Positions 8,879 through 16,662 of a DNA stretch of 34,006 nt are shown piece by piece (within the stretch, counting starts at the first letter, position 1; each line of letters begins with the position of its first letter). The position numbers and the translations under genes were made by a program. Source of the DNA: Acidimicrobiales bacterium (GTDB lineage Bacteria; Actinomycetota; Acidimicrobiia; Acidimicrobiales; UBA8190); the NCBI GenBank assembly GCA_035604075.1, contig DATNJD010000097.1, positions 1 to 34,006 on the forward strand, read 5' to 3'. The notes below the pieces were generated by a model. The model was not told the DNA's origin, did not search any database, and saw only the letters and a list, made by a program, of their open reading frames with translations.

Positions 8879-9313
8879 ATGAGCGCCTGGTTCTGGGTCC
8901 TCGCGGCGGTCGTCTTCCTCGTGATCGAGGTCACGAACCTCGCCTTCTTCGCCCTCTTCGCCGCCGCCGGGGCCCTGGCCGCCGCCATCGTCTCGGGCCT
9001 CGGGGGTGCCCCGCTGCTCCAGGTGGTGGCCTTCGCCGTGGTGGCCCTGGGAGGGCTCCTGCTCCTGCGCCGGCCCCTGCTCGGCGCCTTCGGCCACCGC
9101 CGGGCCGGTGCCCTCAAGTCCGGGGTCTCCGCCCTCGTCGGCCAAAGGGCCACGGTCGTCGACCGCGTCGACAAGGCCGAGCCGGCCGGACGCGTCCACG
9201 CCCGGGGCGAGGACTGGCCCGCCATCACCTACGACGACGAGCCCTGCGAGCCCGGCCAGGTGGTCGAGGTCATCGACATCGAGAAGACCCGGCTCGTGGT
9301 CACCGCGTCGTAA
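8879..9313 (+). CDS. NfeD family membrane protein
   Basis: Starts at ATG 8879: MSAWFWVLAAVVFLVIEVTNLAFFALFAAAGALAAAIV... The hydrophobic N-terminal half is followed by a C-terminal OB-like GRVHARGEDWPAITYDDEPCEPGQVVEVIDIEKTRLVV. It lies directly upstream of an SPFH gene, which is the classic pairing. Confidence 0.8.
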   Translation: MSAWFWVLAAVVFLVIEVTNLAFFALFAAAGALAAAIVSGLGGAPLLQVVAFAVVALGGLLLLRRPLLGAFGHRRAGALKSGVSALVGQRATVVDRVDKAEPAGRVHARGEDWPAITYDDEPCEPGQVVEVIDIEKTRLVVTAS

Positions 9314-9343
9314 CCGTCGCCCCGTCGGCAGGAGGAACCTTCC

Positions 9344-10309
9344 ATGTTCGCAAGCAACGCCGGGACGGCCACCGGCATCATCATTGGCATCGTCGTCGTC
9401 GTCCTCGTCGTCCTCGTCCTGTCGCGCTCGGTCCGGCTCGTCCAGCAGGGTTTCGTCGGCGTCGTCAAGCGGCTCGGCCAGTTCAACTCGATCCGCCAGC
9501 CCGGCGTCACCTTCCTGGTGCCGTTCGTCGACACCATCGTCCGCGTCGACATGCGGGAGGAACCGCGCCTCGGTGACCTGCAGGCCGTCATCACCAAGGA
9601 CAACGTCAGCGTCCTCGTGAACGCCACCATCTTCAGCCAGGTCGTCGACGTCCGGCTGGCGCTCTACGAGATCAGCGAATACCACGTGGCCGTGGACCAG
9701 CTGGCCCGGACCGCCCTGCGCGCCGTCTTCGGCGGCATGACCCTCGACGAGGCCCTGTCTGAGCGCCAGCGGATCAACGCCGAGCTCCAGGCCCACATGG
9801 CGTCGGCCACCGAGAAGTGGGGTGTCCGGCTGAACCGGATCGAGATCGTCGACATCGTCCCGCCCCAGAACATCGTGGACGCCATGGCCCTGCAGAAAGA
9901 AGCGGACCAGCAGAAGCGTGCCGCCATCTTGCAGTCCGAAGGTCAGCAGCAGGCCGCCATCAACACTGCCCAGGGCGAGAAGCAGGCCAACGTGCTGCGG
10001 GCCGAGGGCGAGAAGCAGTCGGCCATCCTCCGGGCCGAGGGCAACAAGGAGGCCCAGATCCGCACCGGTGAGGGCCGGGCCGGGGCCATCACCTCGGTCT
10101 ACGAGGCCATCCACCAGGGCAACCCCACCCCGGAGCTGCTGGCCGTCCTGCAGCTCGAGGCGCTCGCCACGATCTCCGCCAGCCCCAACTCGAAGCTGGT
10201 GGTGCCGGTGGAGACGGCCGGGCTCCTCGGCGCCGCCCAGGCGCTGCGGTCGGTGCTCGCCGCCGTGCCCGAGGGCGGCACCTCCGGCCCGGGGGCGGCG
10301 AGGTCGTAA
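9344..10309 (+). CDS. SPFH/band 7 (stomatin/prohibitin-like) membrane protein
   Basis: GGAGGA sits 7 nt before the ATG. N-terminal TM segment, then VRLVQQGFVGVVKRLGQF...ITKDNVSV...WGVRLNRIEIVDIVPP, followed by an Ala/Gln/Glu coiled-coil region. Confidence 0.9.
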   Translation: MFASNAGTATGIIIGIVVVVLVVLVLSRSVRLVQQGFVGVVKRLGQFNSIRQPGVTFLVPFVDTIVRVDMREEPRLGDLQAVITKDNVSVLVNATIFSQVVDVRLALYEISEYHVAVDQLARTALRAVFGGMTLDEALSERQRINAELQAHMASATEKWGVRLNRIEIVDIVPPQNIVDAMALQKEADQQKRAAILQSEGQQQAAINTAQGEKQANVLRAEGEKQSAILRAEGNKEAQIRTGEGRAGAITSVYEAIHQGNPTPELLAVLQLEALATISASPNSKLVVPVETAGLLGAAQALRSVLAAVPEGGTSGPGAARS

Positions 10310-10402
10310 ACCGGCCACCAGACGTCGGCGGGTGATTCCCTTTCGGGGACAAGGGAGGGTCCGGTATCCAGGCGACTGAGACCATGGCTGGCGCTCCTCA
10401 TC

Positions 10403-12040
10403 GTGGCCGGAGCCCTTCTCACGTCGGTGGCCCTGCCCGGTCCGGCGGCCGACGCGTTGACGATTCTCACCGTCACGAGCACGGCCGACACCAATACCCC
10501 GGGGACCCTGCGCTTCGCCCTCACCACGGCCGACGCCACCAATGACGACGTCGAGATCGACGTGCAGGCGGGGTTGCTGGGGATTCCCCTAACGGCGGCC
10601 CTGCCCTCCTACACCGGTGGCGGAGGAAACCACTCCCTCACCATCGACGGCGGCGGCGTCACCGTCTACGGCCAGTCGTCGTCGGACGTCCTGGTCAGCA
10701 CGAGCTCGGGTTCGCTGACCGTCTCGCAGATGACGGTCACCGGGGGCGCCGACGGCATCCACGACAGCGGCGGGGACGTGACCGTCATCAATGCCACGAT
10801 CTCCGGCAACCAGGGAAGCGGGATCCTCACGGCCGCGGGCGACGTCAGTCTCGTCTACGCCACCGTGGTGGACAACGCCCCCAGCGGTTCCCCCGATGCC
10901 AATGTCCGGACGGCCGGCGGTGATCTTTCGTCATTCGGGTCCGTGATGGCCTTCACCCAAGACGGTGCCCCCGACTGTTCCGTGGGAGGATCGACCACGT
11001 CGCACGGTTTCAATGCGTCGGATGACGCCAGCTGTGGGTTCACCGCCCCGGGTGACCTCGAGAACCGGGTACCCCCACTCGACTTCTCGACGTCCTGTCA
11101 CCTTTCCGCCTGCACCCAGTACTGGGTGCCGGGATCACCCCTGGTCGACGCCATCCCGATTGCGCAGTGTCAGGCGGACGGAGCCGCCGGCATCACCGTC
11201 GACGAGATCGGCACGTCTCGACCGCAGGGCAGCGGTTGCGACATCGGAGCGATCGAACTGGAGCCAGCCCTGCCCAACTGTTTGTGTCCGGCGCAGCACC
11301 CCTATGGCTACTCGCTGGTCGGTGCCGATGGCGGCGTCTTCACCTTCGGCGATGCTTCGTTCGTCGGCTCGTTGCCGGAGCTCGGGATCCACGTCCACGA
11401 CATCGTCGGTATCACCACGGTGGCAGCCGGCAACGGCTATTGGCTGGCCGACACCAACGGAGGCGTCTTCGCCTTCGGTTCGGCGCAGTTCGAGGGCTCG
11501 TTGCCCGCCCTCGGGATCGACGTCCACGACATCGTCGGGATCGTGTCGACGTTGGACGGGCGCGGGTACTGGCTCGTCGGAGCGGACGGCGGCGTCTTCG
11601 CCTTCGGCGACGCCACCTACGACGGATCGCTGCCGGCGCGGGGCATCGTGGCGAAGAACATCGTCGGCATCGCACAGGACTACTCGGGCGACTACTCGTT
11701 GGCCGGCGCCAACGGCAGCGTCTTCACCTTCGGTCCCGACGGCTTCGCCGGTTGGCCCGGTTTCAGCTCTCTCAGCCGCCCGGTGACAGGGATCGAGAAC
11801 GGCTACCTGGTCGGTGCCGACGGCGGTGTGTTCTCCCTCGGCAACGCCCCCTTCGACGGGTCTCTTCCGGCCGACCACATCTCGCCGCTGCGCCCCGTCG
11901 TCGGCATCGCCCGCTCTGGGATTGCCTACTGGCTCACCAGTTCGGACGGCGCCGTCTTCGCCCTGGGAGGCGTGCCCTACCTGGGAGGAATGTCCGGGAG
12001 CGCTCTGGCCGCCCCCGTCGTCGGGATCACGAGCGGCTGA
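10403..12040 (+). CDS. secreted protein: N-terminal parallel beta-helix-like domain ending in ...GSGCDIGAIELEP, then a C-terminal six-repeat beta-propeller-like domain
   Basis: Hydrophobic leader with an AADA cleavage-type site and many Cys residues. Gly/Thr/Ser/Asp-rich beta-helix-like repeats end with RPQGSGCDIGAIE, which resembles choice-of-anchor-Q-type modules. Six ~40-aa repeats follow. The true start is probably upstream, near 10364 (see findings). Confidence 0.75.
   Translation: MAGALLTSVALPGPAADALTILTVTSTADTNTPGTLRFALTTADATNDDVEIDVQAGLLGIPLTAALPSYTGGGGNHSLTIDGGGVTVYGQSSSDVLVSTSSGSLTVSQMTVTGGADGIHDSGGDVTVINATISGNQGSGILTAAGDVSLVYATVVDNAPSGSPDANVRTAGGDLSSFGSVMAFTQDGAPDCSVGGSTTSHGFNASDDASCGFTAPGDLENRVPPLDFSTSCHLSACTQYWVPGSPLVDAIPIAQCQADGAAGITVDEIGTSRPQGSGCDIGAIELEPALPNCLCPAQHPYGYSLVGADGGVFTFGDASFVGSLPELGIHVHDIVGITTVAAGNGYWLADTNGGVFAFGSAQFEGSLPALGIDVHDIVGIVSTLDGRGYWLVGADGGVFAFGDATYDGSLPARGIVAKNIVGIAQDYSGDYSLAGANGSVFTFGPDGFAGWPGFSSLSRPVTGIENGYLVGADGGVFSLGNAPFDGSLPADHISPLRPVVGIARSGIAYWLTSSDGAVFALGGVPYLGGMSGSALAAPVVGITSG
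11309..12037 (+). repeat. six tandem ~111-129-nt (37-43 aa) coding repeats (propeller blades)
   Basis: Blades start YSLVGADGGVFTFGDASFVGSLP, YWLADTNGGVFAFGSAQFEGSLP, YWLVGADGGVFAFGDATYDGSLP, YSLAGANGSVFTFGPDGF, YLVGADGGVFSLGNAPFDGSLP, YWLTSSDGAVFALGGVPYLG. Each ends in ..(I/V)VGI... Confidence 0.85.
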
Positions 12041-12070
12041 CATTCCGTCGGCGGAGGGTCGCCCATTCGG

Positions 12071-12076
12071 TAGCGT
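12071..12076 (+). promoter_or_regulatory. candidate -10 hexamer TAGCGT, 7 nt before dinG ATG (leaderless-type)
   Basis: Reads TAGCGT-ccaccgg-ATG, with no SD within 15 nt. Confidence 0.4.
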
Positions 12077-12083
12077 CCACCGG

Positions 12084-14228
12084 ATGAGTCCCGGTGATGG
12101 CGATGTCGGCGTGGCCGCCCTCTTGCGCCAGGTCACCCACGAACTGCCCGGCGGAGGGGAGGAGAGACCCGGCCAGGTGGAGATGGCCCAGGCCGTGGCC
12201 GAGGCCATCGACCAGGAACGACACCTCGTCGTCCAGGCGGGCACGGGGACGGGCAAGTCGCTCGCCTATCTCGTTCCCGCCGTCCGCTCGGGACGGCGGG
12301 TGGTGGTGGCCACGGCCACCAAGGCACTCCAGGACCAGCTGGCCACCAAGGAGCTGCCCTTCCTCGCCGCCCATCTCAGCGACGGCCCCCGCTTCTCGTT
12401 CGCCGTGCTGAAGGGACGGTCCAACTACCTGTGCCGCCAGAGAGCGGCCGAGGTCTTCGCCACCCCCGACATCGCTGGGGCCGGCGACGCCGCCCTCTTC
12501 GCCCCCCCCGAGGGTGGCAACGGTGGCGACGACGGTGACAGCGGCACCGATGACGCCGGGCGGGACGACGACGCCCCGGCGGCCGGGCTCGGCCACCTGG
12601 GGTCCCAGATCCGCGACCTCATCGCCTGGTCGACGACCTCGGCCACCGGTGACCGGGCCGAGCTCGACTTCGAACCGCATCCCCGGGCATGGGCGGCGGT
12701 GTCGGTCACGGCGCGCGACTGCCCGGGGGCCTTTCGCTGCCCGTCGGGGACGAGCTGCTTCGCCGAGTGGGCCCGCACCCGGGCGTCCACGGCCGATGTG
12801 GTCGTCGTGAACACCCACCTCTACGCCACCCATGTGGCGAGCGGGGGAACGGTCCTGCCCGATCACGACGTTCTCATCCTCGACGAGTGTCATGCCGTCG
12901 AGGACATCATGACGGCCGGTCTCGGTCTCGAGGTCACCGCCGGCCGCGTGCGCGCCCTGGGGCAGGGGGCGCGCGGCCTGCTGGCGGCCGACGACGGCGC
13001 CCTCGTCGACGGGGCGACCGACGCCGCCGATCGCCTGGAACGGGCGTTGCGCCCGCTCGTCGGCCGGCGGCTCCTGCCGGGCGACGCCGGCTCGGCCGGC
13101 AACGGCGGGCGACCGGCCTCCGGCGCCCGGCCGGCCGACACGGCCGAGCTCGGCCGCATCCTCGAACTGACCCAGGGACGGGTGAGGGCGCTCGCCGCCG
13201 CCGTCGGGCGCCAGAAGGCGGACCAGAGCACCCTGGGCGGCCCCCTGGGCGAGGGAACGACGGCGGGGCCGGGCGAGGGTGCCGACCTCTCGGCCCGACG
13301 CACCCGCATCCTCCTGGCCGCCGGGCACCTCGTCGACGACCTCGCCGCCGTCACCACCCTCGATGCCGACCATGTGGCCTGGGTGGAGGCCAGTGGATCG
13401 GGGGGCCGCTTCCTGACCCTGCGCCGGGCGCCGATCGAGGTCGGACCGGTCCTGGCCGAGGTGCTGTGGCCCGAGGTGACGGCCGTCCTCACCTCGGCCA
13501 CGGTCCCGCCCCTGGTCGAGGACCGGCTGGGGCTGCCCCGTGGCACCGTCCGGCTCGATGTCGGCAGCCCCTTCCCCTACCGGCAACACGCCGTGCTGTA
13601 CTGCGCCGCCCACCTCCCCGACCGCCGCAGCCCCGATGCGCCGGCGGCGCTGCACGACGAGCTCGAGGCCCTGATCACGGCGGCGGGCGGCCGGGCCCTC
13701 GCCCTCTTCACCAGCTGGCGGGCCATGCAGGGCGCGGTGGAGGCGCTCCGGCCGCGGCTGGCATACCGGGTGTTGGCCCAGAACGACCTGCCCAAGGCCA
13801 AGCTCCTCGAGGCCTTCGGCGCCGAGGAGTCGTCGTGCCTCTTCGCCACGGTCTCGTTCTGGCAGGGGGTGGACGTACCCGGGGCCACCCTGAGCCTCGT
13901 GACCATCGACCGCCTGCCCTTTCCCCGTCCCGACGATCCTCTGCTCGAGGCGCGCCGGGCCCGGGCGGGCGACGGGGCCTTCCGTCTCGTCGATCTCCCC
14001 CGGGCGACGACGCTGTTGGCGCAGGGGGCCGGTCGCCTGATCCGGTCGTCCACCGACACCGGCGTGGTGGCCGTCCTCGACCCCCGTCTGGCCAAGGCCG
14101 GCTACCGCCGGACGATGCTCGAGGCGCTACCCCCCATGCGGCTGACCACCAAGCGGGCCGAGGTCCTCGACTTCCTCCGCTCCATCGCCGCCGCCGCCCC
14201 GGCCACCGTCGGCAGCGTCGTGCGCTGA
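12084..14228 (+). CDS. dinG: ATP-dependent DNA helicase, DinG/XPD (Rad3) family with Fe-S cluster cysteines
   Basis: Starts at ATG 12084: MSPGDGDVGVAALLRQV...ERPGQVEMAQAV. Walker A is VVQAGTGTGKSLAYL and the DEAH-type box is LILDECHAVED. Four Cys (LCRQ, RDCPG, FRCPS, TSCF) lie between the motifs. The track ORF 11814.. is an out-of-context N-terminal extension that overlaps the previous gene. Confidence 0.88.
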   Translation: MSPGDGDVGVAALLRQVTHELPGGGEERPGQVEMAQAVAEAIDQERHLVVQAGTGTGKSLAYLVPAVRSGRRVVVATATKALQDQLATKELPFLAAHLSDGPRFSFAVLKGRSNYLCRQRAAEVFATPDIAGAGDAALFAPPEGGNGGDDGDSGTDDAGRDDDAPAAGLGHLGSQIRDLIAWSTTSATGDRAELDFEPHPRAWAAVSVTARDCPGAFRCPSGTSCFAEWARTRASTADVVVVNTHLYATHVASGGTVLPDHDVLILDECHAVEDIMTAGLGLEVTAGRVRALGQGARGLLAADDGALVDGATDAADRLERALRPLVGRRLLPGDAGSAGNGGRPASGARPADTAELGRILELTQGRVRALAAAVGRQKADQSTLGGPLGEGTTAGPGEGADLSARRTRILLAAGHLVDDLAAVTTLDADHVAWVEASGSGGRFLTLRRAPIEVGPVLAEVLWPEVTAVLTSATVPPLVEDRLGLPRGTVRLDVGSPFPYRQHAVLYCAAHLPDRRSPDAPAALHDELEALITAAGGRALALFTSWRAMQGAVEALRPRLAYRVLAQNDLPKAKLLEAFGAEESSCLFATVSFWQGVDVPGATLSLVTIDRLPFPRPDDPLLEARRARAGDGAFRLVDLPRATTLLAQGAGRLIRSSTDTGVVAVLDPRLAKAGYRRTMLEALPPMRLTTKRAEVLDFLRSIAAAAPATVGSVVR

Positions 14229-14259
14229 AACGGCCGCCAGGACCAGCCGGCCGTTTCAG
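14225..14259. terminator. perfect 12-bp inverted repeat between convergent dinG and era (candidate bidirectional terminator)
   Basis: CTGAAACGGCCG-N11-CGGCCGTTTCAG. The arms contain the dinG TGA (14226..14228) and the era TGA (complement of 14256..14258). Confidence 0.6.
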
Positions 14260-15338
14260 TAGCCCAGGCGCTCGATCGTCTCGGGCCGTTGCTGCCACCG
14301 TTTCTCGACCCGCACGAAGAGCTCGACGAAGGCGCCTTCGGGCAGCTGGGCCCGCACGGCGGTCCCCACCGCCTTCAACACCAGACCGCCCTGGCCGATG
14401 ACGATCCCCTTCTGGGACTCCCGCTCCACCAGGATCTCGACGCGGATCCGCGGCCACTCCCATTCGGTCACCCGGCAGGCGATGGAGTGCGGCAGCTCCT
14501 CGCGCACCGTGGCCAACAACTGTTCGCGCACGAGCTCGCCCACCCAGAACCACTCGCCCACATCGCTCGTCATCTCCTCGGGGTAGTACGGCGGGCCCTC
14601 GGGCAGCAGATCGAGGACGGCCGTCACCAGGGCGTCGACGCCGCGCCCGTTGACCGCCGATATGGGGAAGTACTGCGCCCCGGAGTCGGCCACCACCACC
14701 GATCCGTCGAGGGTCTCCCCCCCGCCGCCGGTCTCACCGACCTCGACCGCGCCGGTATCGGCCGCGCCGGTCTCGAGAGCGTCGACGGCATCGGTGGATT
14801 CGAGAATGCGCTGCGCGTCGGCCAGCTGGCGCAGGACCTGACCGGGTGAGGCCTTGTCGATCTTGTTCACCACGAGCAGCAGCCGCGACAGATCGCCGGC
14901 CGGCACCTCCGGCGTTCTCGTGGCGGCACGAGACGATGCCGCGGCGCGTTGCAGAACCAGTCGGTCGCCCGGTCCGATCGACGCGGTGGCGTCGATGACG
15001 GGGACGACCACGTCGATCTCGTCCAGCGCTTCGCCGATCTGCTCGTTGAGGCGGCGGCCGAGGGCGGTGCGGGGCCGGTGCAGACCGGGTGTGTCCACGA
15101 AGACGGCCTGGAAGCCGGGCCGGTGCAGCACGCCGCGCACCGAGCGGCGGGTGGTGTTCGGCCGGGGCGAGACGATGGTCACCTTGGTGCCGAGGATCCT
15201 GTTGATCAATGTCGACTTGCCGACGTTGGGCCGGCCCACCACCGTGACGAATCCCGACCGCAGGGCGCCGTCCGTCGCAGGCTCGTCACTCCCGGCGGGC
15301 TCACTCACGGCGGGCTCACTGCCGGCGCGCTCACTCAC
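14256..15338 (-). CDS. era: GTPase Era
   Basis: G1 is GRPNVGKSTLIN, G3 is DTPGLH, G4 is NKID, and there is a C-terminal KH domain (...ESQKGIVIGQGG...). Start is uncertain: GTG 15338 overlaps the CorC stop by 8 nt, GTG 15308 is an alternative, and the longest ORF reaches 15416. Confidence 0.88.
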   Translation of the reverse strand: MSERAGSEPAVSEPAGSDEPATDGALRSGFVTVVGRPNVGKSTLINRILGTKVTIVSPRPNTTRRSVRGVLHRPGFQAVFVDTPGLHRPRTALGRRLNEQIGEALDEIDVVVPVIDATASIGPGDRLVLQRAAASSRAATRTPEVPAGDLSRLLLVVNKIDKASPGQVLRQLADAQRILESTDAVDALETGAADTGAVEVGETGGGGETLDGSVVVADSGAQYFPISAVNGRGVDALVTAVLDLLPEGPPYYPEEMTSDVGEWFWVGELVREQLLATVREELPHSIACRVTEWEWPRIRVEILVERESQKGIVIGQGGLVLKAVGTAVRAQLPEGAFVELFVRVEKRWQQRPETIERLGY

Positions 15339-15345
15339 GGCGGGC
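15286..15345. repeat. four tandem 15-bp repeats at the CorC-stop / era-start junction
   Basis: tcactcccggcgggc | tcactcacggcgggc | tcactgccggcgcgc | tcactcacggcgggc. In the era frame these encode the PA(V/G)SE-type pentapeptides AVSERAGSEPAVSEPAGSD. Confidence 0.8.
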
Positions 15346-16653
15346 CGGGGTACCGGTTTCCTCCGTGGTCTCCGGCCGGTCCGACGGACGCGGGATGATG
15401 CGGATGCGGCCCACACGGTTGCCCTCCATCCGCTCGGCCACGAGGGTCAGCCCGTCGACCTCGACCGACTCCCCCTCGACGGGCACCCGGCCGAGGACGT
15501 TGAACAACAAACCGCCCACCGTGTCCCACTCCCCCTCGGGCAGATGGGCCTCGACCAGTTCGCCCAACTCGTCGACGGCCAGGCGGGCCGACACCGAGTA
15601 GGTGCCGTGGTCGAGGGGGACGACGGGCGGCTCCTCCACGTCGTACTCGTCCACGATCTCGCCGACCAGCTCCTCGATCAGGTCCTCCAGGGTCACCAGC
15701 CCGGCCGTGCCCCCGTATTCGTCGACCACGATGGCCAGGTGGTACTTGAGGTCTTGCATCTCGCGCATGAGCCGGGCCACCCGTTTGGTCTCGGGGACGA
15801 AGTGGGCGCGCCGGGCGTAGTCGCGCACGGGCTCCGTGCCGTGGCCCTCGCGCTCGGCCCGGATCAGGTCCTTGGCGTGGGCCACACCGACGATGTCGTC
15901 GACATTGCCGGCGTGCACGGGCAGCCTCGACAGGCCCGCCTCGATGGCCACGCCCAGGGCTTCGGACACCGTGAGATCACCTTCCAGGGAGCGCATGTCG
16001 GGACGGGGGACCATGACCTCGCGCACGACGGTGTCACCGAACTCGATGATCGAGTGGATGAGCTCGCGTTCGTGGCCTTCGATGACGTCCTCCTCCATAG
16101 CCACGTCGGCCATGGCCAGGAGCTCGGATTCGCTGACCCCGATCCGCCGGGCGCGGGGACCGAGGAGCATGTTGGCCAGTCCGATCAACCCCCGCGAGAG
16201 GATCCGGATGGGGGGGAATCGCACCACGGCCGACACGATGGGGGCGAGCAGCAGCGCCGATCGCTCGGGGTTCTGCACGGCCCAGTTCTTGGGCAGCGCC
16301 TCGGCCAGGACGAAGATGACCACGACCTCGAACACCGTGGCGGCGATCACGCCGACGGCGCCGAACCAGCGTTCCGACAGGATCCCCACCAGGGTGGCGG
16401 TCACCAGTTGGCTGATGAGCACGAGCAGGAGTACCGGATTGAGGAAGCCCTCCGGATCCTGGACGAGGCGCAGGAGGGCGCCGGCCCCCCGGCGGCCGTC
16501 GCCCTGCAGCGCCATGGCCTTGGTCCTGCTCATCCGGACCAGGCTGGTCTCGGCCAACGCCAGGCCGGCCGAGAAGAGCAGGAGCAGCAGGACGACGGCG
16601 ATCAGGATCCAGTCGGTGGGATGAAAACGCGAGGAGGCGACCAACACGGTCAC
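15331..16653 (-). CDS. CNNM/DUF21 - CBS pair - CorC_HlyC family protein (hemolysin-like / putative Mg/Co efflux)
   Basis: N-terminal TM domain with ...LFSAGLALAETSLV..., a CBS region (VREVMVPRPDM...IVGVAHAKDL...HLAIVVDEYGGTAGLVTLEDLIEELVGEI), and a C-terminal transporter-associated domain. Confidence 0.88.
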   Translation of the reverse strand: MTVLVASSRFHPTDWILIAVVLLLLLFSAGLALAETSLVRMSRTKAMALQGDGRRGAGALLRLVQDPEGFLNPVLLLVLISQLVTATLVGILSERWFGAVGVIAATVFEVVVIFVLAEALPKNWAVQNPERSALLLAPIVSAVVRFPPIRILSRGLIGLANMLLGPRARRIGVSESELLAMADVAMEEDVIEGHERELIHSIIEFGDTVVREVMVPRPDMRSLEGDLTVSEALGVAIEAGLSRLPVHAGNVDDIVGVAHAKDLIRAEREGHGTEPVRDYARRAHFVPETKRVARLMREMQDLKYHLAIVVDEYGGTAGLVTLEDLIEELVGEIVDEYDVEEPPVVPLDHGTYSVSARLAVDELGELVEAHLPEGEWDTVGGLLFNVLGRVPVEGESVEVDGLTLVAERMEGNRVGRIRIIPRPSDRPETTEETGTPARRE

Positions 16654-16662
16654 GGGGACCAG

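Noticed and set aside
8720-10318. 532-aa minus-strand ORF
   Set aside because: Antisense to the NfeD and SPFH genes, which have an SD, TM segments and family motifs. Shadow frame.
12027-14401. 542-aa minus-strand ORF (12027..13655) and 570-aa plus-strand ORF (12689..14401) overlapping dinG
   Set aside because: The dinG frame carries Walker A, the DECH box and the Fe-S cysteines. The others are alternative-frame artefacts.
15286-15345. Short tandem repeats (here and at 18908..18943 and 32053..32078) as a possible CRISPR array
   Set aside because: The units are 11-18 bp and directly adjacent or only 4 nt apart, with no spacers of CRISPR size. There are only 2-4 copies and no cas genes.
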